Shown one piece after another: positions 15,670-30,610 of a DNA stretch of 64,000 nt. The position numbers were made by a program, and so were the translations under genes. How positions within the stretch are numbered: position 1 is the first letter of the stretch; every line of letters begins with the position of its first letter. This DNA is from the human T2T-CHM13v2.0 reference genome, Homo sapiens, in assembly GCF_009914755.1 (NCBI RefSeq), contig NC_060925.1; one strand, written 5' to 3'. The notes below the pieces were generated by a model that was not told the DNA's origin, ran no database searches, and saw nothing but the letters and a program-made list of their open reading frames with translations.

Positions 15670-17300
15670 TTTAAAAAACTGAGATATAGGCCGGGCGTGG
15701 TGGCTCACGCCTGTAATCCCAGCACTTTGGGAGGCAGAGGTGGGCAGATCACAGGTCAGGAGTTCGATACTAACCTGACCAACATGGTGAAACTCCATCT
15801 CTACTAAAAATACAAAAATGAGCTGGGTGTAGAGGCATGCGCCTGTAATCCCACCTACTCAGGAGGCTGAGGCAGGAGAATCACTTGAACCGAGGAGGCA
15901 GAGGTTGCAGTGAGCAAAGATCACGCCTGTGTACTCCAGTCCGGGCAAGACAGTGATCCGCCACAAAAAAAAAAAAAAAAAGAGAGCGATAGTTCACATA
16001 CCATAAAAATCGCCATTTTAAAGTATACAAGCCATAGTTTTTATTACATTCACAAGGCAGTGCAACTACCACTACTAATTCCAGAACTTTTCATCGCCCC
16101 AAATACAAATCCAGAACTCATTAGCAGTCATTCTCCATTCCCTCATCTCCTGACCATGAAACCACTTTCTGTCCCTAAGGATTTTCCTATTTTGGATATT
16201 TCATATTAATGAATCATACAATATGTAGCCTTTTGTGTGTAGTTTTTTTCACTTAGCCGAGCTTTTCAAGGTTATTTCATTTCTTTTCTGTCTGAATAAT
16301 GCTCCATTTTATGAATAATCATAATTTGCTTATCCACTCTACAGTTGATTGGACATTTGTGGTTTGGGAGGCAATTACGAATACTACTACTACAAACATT
16401 CACATACAAGTTTTGTACAACCATATGACTTTGATGCCTTTAGAAATACACCCAGGTGTAGACTGCTGAGACCTACAACTCTATGTTTTAAGTTTTTGAG
16501 GAACTGCTGTTTTCCAAAGCAGCTGTACCATTTTACAAACCTACCAGCAGCGTATGGGGATTCCAATTTCTCCATATCCTCACCAACACTGTTTATCATT
16601 GTTTACAGACATCCTAATAGGTGAGTTGATATCTCACATGATTTTAATTTGCACTTCTCTGATGGCTAATGACGTTGAGCATCTTTTCATGTATTATTGG
16701 CCATTTGATTATCTTCTTTGGAGAAAATATTCATATTGTCTATTCAGATTTCTTAATTGGGTTGTCTTTTCATTGTTGAGATATAAGAATTTTTAATATA
16801 TTCTGGATACTAGGCCCTTATCAGATTCATGATTTACAAATATTTTCTCCCATACTCTATTCTTTTCACTTTCTTAAAAATTGTTGTTTCCTGAAGACCT
16901 TCTCACTTTCTTGACAGCGGCCTTTGACATACAAGTTTTTTATTTTGATGAAGTATACTTTCTTTTTCATTGACTGCTTGTGCTTTTGGTGTCAAATGTA
17001 ATAAACCATTGCCCAATCCAAAATTACAAAGATTCACCCCTATGTTTTCTTCTAAGAGTTTTAGTTCTTATAATTTAGGTGTTTAATACACATTGCATTA
17101 ATTTTTACACATGGTGTGAGGTAAGGAGTCCAAATTCATTCTTTTATATGTGGAAATCGGGTTGTCCCATCATCATTTCTTGAAGACTATTCTTCCACAC
17201 TGAATCGCCTTGCCATCCTTGTTGAATACCAATTAGCCATATATGTATGGTTTAAATTCCGGATTCTCAATTATATTCCATTGATCTACTTCTCTCCTCT
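15670..17300 (-). mobile_element. L1MB-like fragment (ORF2 end plus 3'UTR), interrupted by an Alu
   Basis: ttcacataccataaaaatc...aagtatacaa; tttccaaagcagctgtaccatttta; gttgagcatcttttcatg; the minus-strand ORF 16390-16599 resembles the L1 ORF2 C-terminus. Confidence 0.82.
15689..15982 (+). mobile_element. AluS
   Basis: ggccgggcgtggtggctcacgcctgtaatccc...poly-A. Confidence 0.95.
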
Positions 17301-18872
17301 ATGTCTCTTTTTGACTGCACCTAGCACAGTGCCTGAAGGTGAGAAGCACTCAATAAAGATTTGTGAGTTGAACAGCCAACTCCATCAATAATAAAATGAT
17401 AGAATTTCTGGGGTAGGAAAAGCCTTAGAGGGCATTATCCTATCCCATTATTTAATAAACAGGAAAACTGAAACCTAAGAGAGGTTAACTGACTAACTCA
17501 AAGAGAACAAATTAATCATAGGTCAAGGTAGGACCTGAATTTCAGTCTCCTAATTCCAATCCAGAGCTCTTACCATAGTATCATACTTTTTTTCAAGTAA
17601 AACTAATTGCTTTAACATCCACCAATGTGCCTGTCTGGGAGAAGCTGCATGTATATGAGAAGACAGAGATAGGCATGTATATGTAAGCTCAATCAGAGTG
17701 GAATCCTTTGTATCACCAAAAAGCCTTACAACCAAAATGTGCCAGAAAATAGTATACCACAGAATACAATGTTCCTTTCCAGACAGCTGTTTCTTAACTT
17801 CATTTTGTGTTTGAGAGATACCTAGTCACACTTTTAAGCCTGGAGATTATTCTAAATAGAAAAAAAAAAAAAAACATTTTTGGGACAGCAAAAATGATCA
17901 AATATTCAGGGACCTAGTTCCATTACTCTGTTCTCTTCTACATTTCCCACCACCGTTGTCATTCTTCATTCATTACTGTTTTAAAGACTGTAGAAACAGA
18001 GTCTGCCTGCTTCCAAAAGCCAGAGAAATTTAAAAGCTGGAGAGCAGAGAACTAAAGGGAAACAACTGAGAAGCTCTGAGAGAAGTCTTCTAAAAAGATA
18101 TATGGGGGGAGGAGAATCCACATGATAATGCATGATTTCAGGGAAAAAGGAAGAGGCTAGATGTTCAAGCTAAATACTGCATTCATATGTACATGTGAGG
18201 GAAATGCTGTTTGTGCAAATGTTGTATATGTAAAATGTATAAGCAGACCACGAATGTTCTTGTAGTCAAAATATTTAAGCCTCAGTTGAAACTACAACCT
18301 CTTCTCTGAATCTTTCCCAGAGTCCCTCAAATGCAGTTAACTATTCCTTTCCTATTGCTCCCACTCTTCCTACTACACACCTCCATTACTATGATTATTA
18401 GAGTGTATTCTATTAATTACATCATGTTTGCCTCCCTCCTAAACTACCTTCTCATTGAGGGCACAGACCATGTGTTTTCCATGTTCTATTCTGTGCAGAA
18501 CCTAACATAGCCCTGGCACATGTAAGTACTTTGTAACTCTTTGTTGAATGGATATTTTAAGACTGCTTATAATACTGAATACATCTATTCTAAAGTGTTG
18601 ATAACAAGAAATTTGTTAATTCTTGCTGTAATAATTCCAAACATTATTCACACATAACTTGCCAATACTTACTTGCTCTAAGTACAAACTTCAGAGTTAG
18701 CTATCTGCAAAAAACAAAACAAAACAAAAACCTAACAATATATTTAGAACTGAATATTGTAGTTGTCAGTCATCTCTGCTAACAAGGCATTTCTATATAC
18801 TCTTAGCTAAAAATACCACAAAAGGTTCAAGTAAGACTAATCAATGACAAGCAGAATGGTCTCATGTGGTGA

Positions 18873-20355
<1,483 letters not shown>

Positions 20356-20613
20356 CAAAAAGAAACTGAAGAATCATCTCTTTAGAGACATGTAAAGGAA
20401 TTCTGGAGGGTAATTAAAGATATTGTCATGTTCACCGAGTATGAGTAAAACAGAAGAGTAAAATGACTATGAAATACTGGCTTGGTGGTAAAAGTAGACG
20501 CTTTGAAATCTGAAATCCTGATTTTAATGATTTACCTCCACTGTGACCTCTTTAGGAAGGTCACTTCATCTTTCTATGCCTCTTTCAGTTTATCTCTTAT
20601 AAAACTTGAATAA

Positions 20614-20766
20614 GCTGTAGTCCCAGCTACTGGGGAGGGAGAGGTGGGAAGATAGCTTGAGCCCAGGAGTTCCAGGCTGCAGTGAGCCATGACCACACCT
20701 GTGAATAGTGACTGTGCCCCAGCCTGGGCAACACAGTGAGACCCCATCGCCCCCCACAAAAAAAAG
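20614..20766 (+). mobile_element. FAM / 7SL-derived Alu monomer inside a MIR
   Basis: Retains the 7SL-type segment acacctgtgaatagtgactg; flanks are MIR-like (gtcacttcatctttctatgcctc / ttgtgagaatcaaatta). Confidence 0.8.
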
Positions 20767-21990
20767 TTTTATAAAATGAGAATAAGAATGTCATACTCAC
20801 AAGCTCATTGTGAGAATCAAATTATACTGTGTATGACCTAGCACAGACACCCAGACACTAGCATATAAGCATTTAACAATGTTAATTTCCTTCCCAACTG
20901 ACAACAGGTTGTAAATTAAGGAGCAGACTCAAAAAGTTCTCTTCTCTATAAATATCTCCCCTAACAGACGTCAATGTTTGAATTTTACCATAAGAAAATT
21001 CTGTTTGGACTTTCAAGAGTCCCAATTAAATGTGAAACAATCCATCAATACTCTAGTGTGTTTATTCATCATTTTTAAGATAACTTAACAAAGCCTACAG
21101 GTCTTGGAGATCTCTTTTGAACAGAGTGAACAGAGAAGGATCTATGGATGGTGACCATTACATGAGGAGTGTGAAAGAGCAAGAAAAAAAAGGTCACAAA
21201 AGGGTCCTAGAGACAAACTTTTCCTACTTTGTAGTATTTCTTACTATTAGTCCCATCTAACAGAATAAGCTCTACATAAATTCATTGAAAATTCATAAAT
21301 TCATTAGTAAACCAGTATATCAATTTAAGTTTATTTTTTACACTGTGAAATATAAACACCTGCCATAGTTCTACATACTACAAACTTTTCCCTTTTCCAC
21401 ATAGTTCCACATTTGCAGGCTCCACTCCTTTCACAAGAATTTTTCCTGTGTTTATACCATTGCTACAATACTGCTTTGTGTATAAAATCACAGCTTTGAG
21501 TTAATGTCTATAAAATTGATCTTGGGCACAGATCATTTTTCTTGTGAAAAGGTTTGTCACCTGATGGTTATTTTATGTTCATGTTAATCAGAGACTGTCT
21601 CTCTATAATTGTTTGTATTTTTTCTCTCAAGTTTGATTTCTGTGGTTCCAGAAGCATACCTGCCTTCTTATCACAAGTAAAATAGTATTTATTAAGAGTT
21701 GAAATTTTTGTTGTTTAAAAAAAAGAAAAGCCCCAAACCACAATTTAAGGATATCTTTTTAACCACTACAGCCAAAGAAAAGATCTACTTAGGATATACT
21801 ATTTGCTCTATGCTTTCCCAAACTGTCAACTGCATGTATTTTGGTAACATCCTAGTACATACAGATGGCATGATAGCTCTGCCATATAAATTATTAATAA
21901 AATTCACATAAAGAAAAAACTCAAAACCATTACATTGTATTTACAGATTTCACCAAGACAATGTAATGTCCAAATTTCACATTGTATTCC

Positions 21991-22288
21991 AATTATTATT
22001 ATTATTGAGACAGGGTCTTGCTCTGTCACCCAGGCTGGAATGCATTGGTGCAAATATGGCTTTCTGCAGCCTCGACCTCCCAGGCTCAATGGATCCTCCC
22101 ACCTCAGCCACCTGAGTAGCTAGGACTACAGGTGTGTGCCACCACGCCTAGCTAATTTTTGTATTTTTTGTAAAGACGAGGTTTCGTCATGTTCCCCAGT
22201 ATGGTCTCACACTTCTGAACTCAAGCAATCCTCCTGCCTCAAATTCCCAGAGTGTTGGCATTACAGGCGTGAGCTACCGCACCCGTCC
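21991..22288 (-). mobile_element. AluJ with (ATT)n tail
   Basis: attattattattattgagacagggtcttgc...cctcgacctccaggctcaa. Confidence 0.93.
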
Positions 22289-22295
22289 TTGTTCC

Positions 22296-22605
22296 TATTA
22301 TTTGTTTGTTTGTTTGTTTGTTTTGAGACAGAGTCTCACACTGTCTCCTGGGCTGGAATGCAATGGCTCAATCTCGGCTCACTGCAAGCTCTGCCTCCTG
22401 GGTTCACACCATGCTCCTGCCTCAGCCACCCAAGTAGCTGGGACTACAGGCACCTGCCACCACGCCCAGCTAATTTTTTGTATTTTTAGTAGAGATGGGG
22501 TTTTACCTTATTAGCCAGGATGGTCTCAATCTCCTGACCTTGTGATCTGCCCACCTCGGCCTCCCAAAGGGCTGGGATTACGGGCATGAGCCACTGCGCC
22601 CGGCC
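22296..22605 (-). mobile_element. AluY-like with (TTTG)n tail
   Basis: actgcaagctctgcctcctgggttcacacca and ttagccaggatggtctc are Y-type diagnostics. Confidence 0.92.
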
Positions 22606-23429
22606 AGTTCTAACCCAAATTCTAAGTCACTCACCCACCGGCCATCTTATGAATCCTGTGTCTCCTCCCCACCTGTGGGATCCACCAAAGAGGACTCCAT
22701 AAAGCAAATGTGGAGACAATGACTACCAAAAACGAAAGAATAGGAATTCTTAACAGCTCCAGAAAGGCTAACAAAATCAGTCCTGGACTCATTAACTTAG
22801 AGAAGAAAAAGTCTAAATCCAAAGGCTAGAGAACAGAAACTGATTATACTCTAATTTTAAAATACCAAAATATATTTAAGATCCATAATGTTTAATACAG
22901 AACTTTACAAAATCCAGCAAAATAAATTTAGTATTATTTATAGACATAAAAATGGTACTTCTGCTTTCCCAGGCTCACTGAAAAACCCGATCTATCAATT
23001 AAATCAGAGAAAAGAAAATAAAAAATAAAGATTTGAATAAAAACAAATTAAAGGACTGCATTTTAAAGGCCACATAGATATAAAGAACACTAAAGCATCT
23101 CTTTTCTTCTATTTACAGCATACTGAGGATTCATCCATAAACCTGAGGTTGACAACCATCTTCTTCTCTACTGATACAGTGAAGGAAGCATCTCTCCACA
23201 GCATGCCTACAACTGTCTCTTTCTTCCTACATTGCCCTTCTTAATGAATGTTATCACATACTTTCCATCAATGAAGAGCAAAATCACCAAATTAGTTCTA
23301 ATTTTTCTCCACTAGCCCATATGCGAAATTTTAGGCCAAGTCAAAATGATGATGATGATGACAGGTTAAATAAGACATTTTTTATGTTAGAGGCACACTG
23401 CTGCATGCTTTCCATAAATTAATTAATCC

Positions 23430-23764
23430 TGCTTGTCTCCACTAAAGACTGTAACAAAATCCGTATGTTGAAACGCTAACCCCCTAGTGTGATATTTGAA
23501 ATGAGGCCTTTGGGAAAAGATTAGAGTTAGATGAAGTTCAGGAGGGTGGGGCCCTCACCCTCATAAGAGTAGTGCCCTTATCAGAAGAGACCCAAAAGAG
23601 CTTGCTCACTCTCCATTATGTGAGGCACAGCAAGAAGCCAGAAAGAGAGCCCTCACCAGAACCCCATCATGCTGGCACCTTATCTCAAACATCCAGCCTC
23701 CAGAACTGTGAGAAAACACCTAGACTATGAAATTTTGTTATGGCAGCTTGAACAGACTAATTCA
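23430..23764 (+). mobile_element. MLT1A-type MaLR solo LTR within a MIR
   Basis: tatgttgaaacgctaacccc...gcctttgggaa...gggccctc...ccagcctccagaactgtgagaaa...ttgttatggcagc...cagactaa. Confidence 0.8.
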
Positions 23765-24206
23765 GATGGAAACTATTATTTCCCCCATTTTACGGAAGAA
23801 AAAATTATAGCTTACACAGACTAAATAACCTCCCTACAGTGGATCCAAGAGATAGTGATAGGGCCAGAATTTAAACTCAACTTTTAACCAGTACTGTTCC
23901 GCTGATGTCTCTGATATGTCTGAGTGCCTAAATGTATCATGAGTTGTGCTAAGTGCAATAAAAAAAGATAAGGTGCCCTTAAGGAATTCGTATATCTAAT
24001 AATAATCAAGTAGTATAGTCAAACACATGAACTGACAAAGAATGACTTCCTTGAGGTCTGGCACCTAAGAAATGTTTGGTGAAATAAACAGAAAACCATC
24101 AGACAGTAATACAATGTAATAAGTGTTACCCGAGTGGGTTAAATAAAGTAAAACAAGGGTTTCCAGGAGGAAGCAATTGTGGTTGTGATTAAGGCAAACA
24201 CTTTAA

Positions 24207-24552
24207 CAGCAGTCCTCAACCTTTTTGGCACCAGGGACCGGCTTCATGGAAGACAATTTTTCCATGGGATTGGGGGGAGACGGGGGCGGTGGGGAGTGAA
24301 GATGGTTTGGGGATGATGCAAGTGCATTACATTTATCATTAAATTCTCATAAGGAGAGTGCAACCTAGATCTGTCACGTGCACAGTTCACAATAGGGTTT
24401 GCATCCCTATGAGAATCTAACACCACAGCTAATCTGACAAGAGGTGGAGCTCAGGTGGTAATGCACACCTCCTGCCGTGTGGCCTGGCAGGGGGCAGTCC
24501 TAACAGGCCATGGACTGGTACTGGTCCACAGCATGGGTGTTGGGGACCCCTG
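24207..24552 (-). mobile_element. MER1B
   Basis: cagcagtcctcaacctttttggcaccagggacc...ggggacccctg; TSD cactttaa / cactgtaa. Confidence 0.9.
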
Positions 24553-26699
24553 CACTGTAAAACAGGTAGGGTATGAGAAAAATTGTAACAGAAATAAATA
24601 CAATGCAGTCAAAACAGGATACAGTTATTAATAACATTTGGAAGGAATTTATCAGGGATCACTAGTGGAAGTAACATATAAGTTGTCTTTCTTATGACAA
24701 CTTGAGATGAATAGAATCACACTGCTTGAATGAGACATAATTCTAGGTTGAAGGGACTATCTGGTCAAAAACATGGGATTTGGAAATGTGGCTGGCTGTT
24801 CCTTTTTTGATCCCATATTCAACACTGTACTTTATAATATAAAATATATTAACAGGTGCCCCATCTCTCATCTTTTTTGGAAGACATTACACAAAGCATA
24901 AAATCATCCTGAAAGTACAGATACTGATTCCTCGTTCAAAAGCATTAAAGAATCCTACTTCACCCACAAGATAATATTCAAATTCAAATTCCTTAGACTG
25001 GAATGTTAGACCTCTCACAATCTGTCCCTGTTTTTCCTTTTCTCCCTGACTCACCTTGAGGCATGTATCCTTTATACTGAAGCTACCCCTACATTATCTG
25101 GGGCTCCTAAATAGGCCCTGTTAGAATGTTTCCATCTGGACTCTGGGACCATCTTTAAGATTCATTTCAAAGACTGGCTTCCTTTAAAAGTATGACCTTG
25201 CCTATTACCTCACTTAGTACACTCTCTCTTATGTTAGTTGCATTCCTGCATGTCTCCATTAAAGACTATAAGCTGTTTGAGGCAGGGCAACTACCCTGCA
25301 GAAAAAGACATCAAATAACATACATTAATGCTTTTCTACTGGGAATACAGTGAAAAAAATACACTAAAGCAAATCTTTGGTTATCTGTGTCTAAGTACAA
25401 TAAAAAAGCTAATGATTACAATGCAATATAAGAGCAATAATAGACAATTATACAGAGTATTATGACTGAATCACTCAACTAAGCCTTGCAAAGGTTGAGG
25501 CCAGCTTCCCAGAGAAGATGACACAAACTGATTCTTAAAAGATATGAAGAAGATACAGGTAAAGCATACACAAATATAAAACAGTACCACATGTGGAGAA
25601 CTACTACCAGAAATTCAGTGTCACTAGAATGTAAAGGATGAAGCTGGAAGTTGCAGAGTATCATCCTATAGAGACAGACAAAAGGCTTTCCATACTGTGT
25701 TAAGAATACTGTGCTGTAGGCCAATGGTTTAGAGGTACAAAGTATAAGTGTGTGCTGTGTCAAAACTAGGTTTAAGTTATACTGGAAATCATTTTTTAAA
25801 ACTGAATTAAACAGATTGTACATGTGTATGTCAAAAATCAAACGTTAAAAAGGTATACAGTAAAAAGTCTCATCACACCCATCCATCTGCCTGTTTAACC
25901 CTGCTTTCTGGATAAAATATTAGTTGTTTTTCATTCCAGAGTTTATGACAATATAAGCAAATACAACTATAACATCTTATCTCCTCTCCTTTACATAAAT
26001 TGAGGTTTTTCCATGATTTTCCATATAAATACTATTCTTCCGATTCTTTTTTTTTTCTTGTCACTGAATGGACCTCATCCTACCATTCTTTTTCGACTAT
26101 GTAATATTCCATTGTATTGCTGTACCATGATTTACTTAGCCAATTTCCTATTAATGGACATTTGGGCTTTTCCCTACTCTGATGCTGTATGTTGTCTTGG
26201 CATATATGAAGAAAATCCAGCCTCATGCAGATATGAATAGAAAAAGGGAGAAAAATGTTAACAAACTTTTTGGATTACTGTTGATAATATTCAAATCGTT
26301 TGCTGTTACACACAATAGTTGTAGGAATCACCTTGTATATATCACATAACAAACATTCCTAAGTTTACCTATAGGATCCACTTCCAGAAACGAGAAGATA
26401 CATTTGTAAGTTTGATATATATTGTCAAACCGTCTCTAAAGTTTGTAGGGACTCCTACAGTGTAGATTCTCCTCCAGCAATACCTGAGCAGTGACAATGC
26501 CTGGTTTTCCAGAGCAAAAAGAGAATCCTAGGGAACTCTACCCTTTAAAAATCTCATCCAGGAAGAATTCAAAAGAAGAATGAGAAGAACATTCAAACAG
26601 ATCAAAAAGAAACAGGAGATCATAAGGTTCCAGGGGACAAGCAAGAGTGGTTTCTCACTAGTGTCAAATACACAGAAATATTTAATAAGATAAATAATT

Positions 26700-27900
26700 A
26701 ACCAAAATACAAAACCTAAATGATTAAAACAGTACGGTATTCATGCAAAAATAGAATGGATCAGGACAGGATAAGGAAAAGAAAAATACTGCATGAAGAA
26801 CAAAGGTAAATAAAAGAATTAAAAATAAAGGAAAGTTAATACTATTTTCCACTAAGAAGAACCAGAGCTCCCTAGAGAGCTGCTTCTAGAGGTAGGAAAG
26901 TATATGACGAGACTGGAATATCTTGTTGTCCCAGCAAGTCCTCAAAAATTGATGGAGACATGTCAAAAGAATTTAAAAGCCGGCCTGAAAGTGCTTTCAT
27001 GGGCCCAATCTAGAATCATTTAAGCATTTCAAAATAAATGATGATAGTAAAAGATTATAACCCATTGAGTAAGACAGAATTCACGAGGGAGAAAGAAATT
27101 TCCTCCTTATAGTAAAAAGCCAACTAAAATGAAAAAGGAATGTCAGAATTAGAAAACTACCATAAATCATTAATAATGTATTCAAGTAAGAACCCTAAAT
27201 GGATGCCAAAATTGGTGGGCCAAAGTTTGAGGAGCAACCAGATATTCACATAATCTCAAAGAATCATACGACAAGATTCCTATTAATTATAAAGAAGGAA
27301 AAATAACTTTATAATGAAGAAGAAAGTTGGTAAACACTACTGTAACCAGGTGATCAAAATTAACATTACTAGGACTAGGACAAATCAATATGATGTGCCT
27401 CCTGATTAAAGATTATTAGAAAGACATGGCAATTGAATTCAACATATGATTCAAGATTATTTTTTGTAGAATGAGAGCTATAAAGGCAATTATTGGCAAT
27501 ATCTGCATAACCATATTATATCAATGTTAATTTCTTGATTTTGGTAACTATAATTATGTAGGATACCACTTTTGTTTCAGGAAACATGCACTTAAGTATA
27601 TAAGACTAAAGGAGGCATCATGTCTCAAATTTACCCTAAAATGGTTCAGGAAAAAATTCTATATATTTGAACATAAATATATTTAAGTATTTAAAAATAT
27701 GTTTAAAATCTATATAAATATATTTAAAATGTATACAGAAGGGGAGAAAGAGAGGGAACAGAGGGAAGAAAGGAAGAAGAGGAAAAAAGAAAGATAATAC
27801 AACTATGGAAAAATGTTAAAATTTGAGTAATGAGCATATAAACTTTGTAATTGTTCTAACTTTTATACAGGGCTGAATTATGTCAAGATAAAATTTTCAG
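26700..27900 (+). mobile_element. Old L1 3' region (L1MC/MD-like)
   Basis: Homologous to 3160-4440, e.g. gatggagacatgtcaaaag and aaccaggtgatcaaaattaacatt. Confidence 0.7.
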
Positions 27901-28960
27901 TAGATCTGGAATTATAACCTAGATTGATTCTAACTCCAATTTGCATTCAAATATTCCTTTGAATGAATCCTTCCACTGAGTGAAAAATTTTAAGAACACA
28001 ATTGTTCCTTTCTATAGATTACTACTGTTTAAAAAAATAAGTAAATAAACTTATGCCTAGGGAAAAAAACAAACACTAAGAGGAATTACACCAAAAATGT
28101 TTTAAATTTGTTTTAATTGCAAAGTAGGGCATAATTCTTTTTAAAAAATCCAAATAATACAGTTAAAGTCTCTTCTATGGCATACTCCTACACTCTTGGT
28201 AACTACTGTTAATAGAGCTATACAGCCTTCTAAAATTTTTTTCTATGGAAAAAATTATGTATATATAATTTTCTTTATAAACATGATACCACATATATAA
28301 ACCCTTGTTTTACTTTACATTTTTAAAGTTAACCGTAGACATTCTTTCATGTTAGCACATAATCTTTTTTTAATGGTTGGTTAGAATTCCATAGTACGAA
28401 TGAATGCATTTGTCCATTCATCTTTTGGTGAGTACTTAAGACTGTCTCCAACTTTTTTCATTTCATATACAATGCTGTAAAAATGGGGAAGCGTTGGTTC
28501 ATTTTGTTTTACTTCACATTTTCCTCCTCTTTTTATTTGTTCTTAGCCATTTGTACTTCCCTCCTCTGTCGAATGCCTCTTCACATTCTTTGTCCTTTCT
28601 TCTATTGGGTCATTTATCTTTTTCTTAATGATTTATAGAAACACATTGTATAAGAATATTAACCCTATTTTTTACCCAGTATATACCTTTTGTTGCAGAG
28701 ATGATTTCACTTTTACAATATCAAATCTTTATGGATTCCTAATGCCACAATAATGTTGATGTTTGAGTGACAGACCTATGGATTTTTTTAACAGTTTTTT
28801 AAATGTATCTAATACCTTTAGTAAGTATCTATTACTTTTTAAGTTAAAAAGGTCATATTTTTATATTCCTTAAAATAAGCAAAATTCCAACAAGATTTTT
28901 GATGAAACCTGGAAAACTATTCTAAAATTCACATGGATTGATGGATTTATTTAACCATTC

Positions 28961-29248
28961 CTTTTTGAGACAGGGTCTTGCTCAGTCACCCAGGCTGCTG
29001 CACAGTGGCACAATCACAGCTCACTGCAGCCTCGACCTTCTGAGCCCAAGCAATCCTCCTACCTCAGCCTTCTGAGCAGCTGGGACTACAAGTGCACACC
29101 ATCATGCCCAGCTAACTTTTGTATTTTTTGTAGAAGTGGAGTCTTGCTATGTTGTTCAGCCTGGTCTCAAATTCCTGGGCTAAGTGATCTGCCCACCTTA
29201 GCCTCTCAAGGTGCTGGGATTACAGGTGTGAGCCACTACACCCAGCCA
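28961..29248 (-). mobile_element. AluJ
   Basis: tttttgagacagggtcttgctc...gcctcgaccttctgagcccaagc. Confidence 0.93.
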
Positions 29249-29387
29249 ACTAGTCTCTCTTAATGGCCCTTTGGAGACAAGAGAACCAAGCCAAACATGA
29301 AGAACAAAAAGGGGAGACTTGCCTAAGAGAGATCAAAACTTGTAAAGCGGTATTGGCCTAAGAATAGAAAAATAGGCTACAGGAAAA

Positions 29388-29755
29388 CATCTTAAGTCTG
29401 CTTGGGCAACTGTAACAAAAATACCATAAAGTAGGGAGCTTATAAACATAGGAAACAACTTATTTATTTCTCATAGTTCTGGAGGCTGGAAGTCCAAGTA
29501 CAAGGCACCAGCAAATTCAATGTTTGGGAAGGGCCCATTCTTCATAGATGGCACCCTTCTTGTTGTGTCCTCATACAGAAGAAGAAGCTAACTACTTCAC
29601 TGGGGTACCTTCTTGCCCCCATTTATGCAGGCAGAGCCCTCATGACCTAATCACCTCACCCAAAGCCCCTTTTCTTAACACTATCATATCCGGGATTAGG
29701 TTTCGACATAGGAATTTGGGGAGGTAGGGAAGGACAAACATTCAGATCATAGCAG
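29388..29755 (-). mobile_element. MLT1A-type MaLR solo LTR
   Basis: aacaaaaataccata...ctcatagttctggaggctggaagtccaag...ctcatgacctaatcacctc...acattcagatcatagca. Confidence 0.82.
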
Positions 29756-30058
29756 AGAAGTACAGAGAACCCAGAAGCAAACCCATATATAAATGGAACA
29801 ATGCTGATGAATTATTTAACAAATGGAACTGGGACGATTAGCGTATCTTTGAAAGAATAAAAGATTAGATTCCTTTAACACCATACACAATACACATATG
29901 GGCACTCACGCATGCACACATACACACCCCATTCTGGGTGGATTAAAGAAGCAGTAAATGTGAAAGAACTTTAGGTATTTTATAAGGAAATATATGAGAC
30001 TCTGGTAGCTACCCTCCAAGATGGCTTCTAATGATCCTCACACCCTGGTATTCAAGCC

Positions 30059-30610
30059 TGTGATATTGTAATATTACAAGAAATATGTATTTTTATCTTC
30101 CTCCCAAGCTCCTGGGTCCCTAGCACAGAGCTCCTAAAGCTCTTCCCGCTTCCTGAGTAATAGGAGTGATAAAGCATCTTTTATTATAAATTTGGTCTCA
30201 ATCCCCAGTTCCTAAAACAAGAGCTTCTAAGAATTTCTGGAGTGACAAGAGTGTCCTTTGTATATTAATGAAGTGAACTGGTGAGTGGGGTCCCTAGATC
30301 GATCGGTTCAGGATAATGGCCAGTGACTAGAAAGACTAAATAAAGCATGATTAGAGGGTTAGAACTTTCAGCTTCACCTCACCCTCAACCTCTGGGAAGG
30401 AAAGAGGAGCTAGAAATGGAGTTGATCATCGATGGCCAATGATTTGATTAATTATGTCTACACATAAAAGCCAAAACCATGGGGCTTGAAGAACTTCTGG
30501 GTTAGTGATGGCATCCATGTGCCAGCAGGGTGGCATACCCTAACTCCACAGGACAGAAGCTTCTGTGCTCAGGCCCCTTCTGTACCTCACCCTATATCTT
30601 CATCTGGACT
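30059..30610. mobile_element. MER21-type ERVL LTR (partial), preceded by a short MLT1 fragment at about 30002-30058
   Basis: tgtgatattgtaatatt...gcacagagctcctaaa...gattagagggttagaactttcagc...ggacagaagcttctgtgctcagg. Confidence 0.72.
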
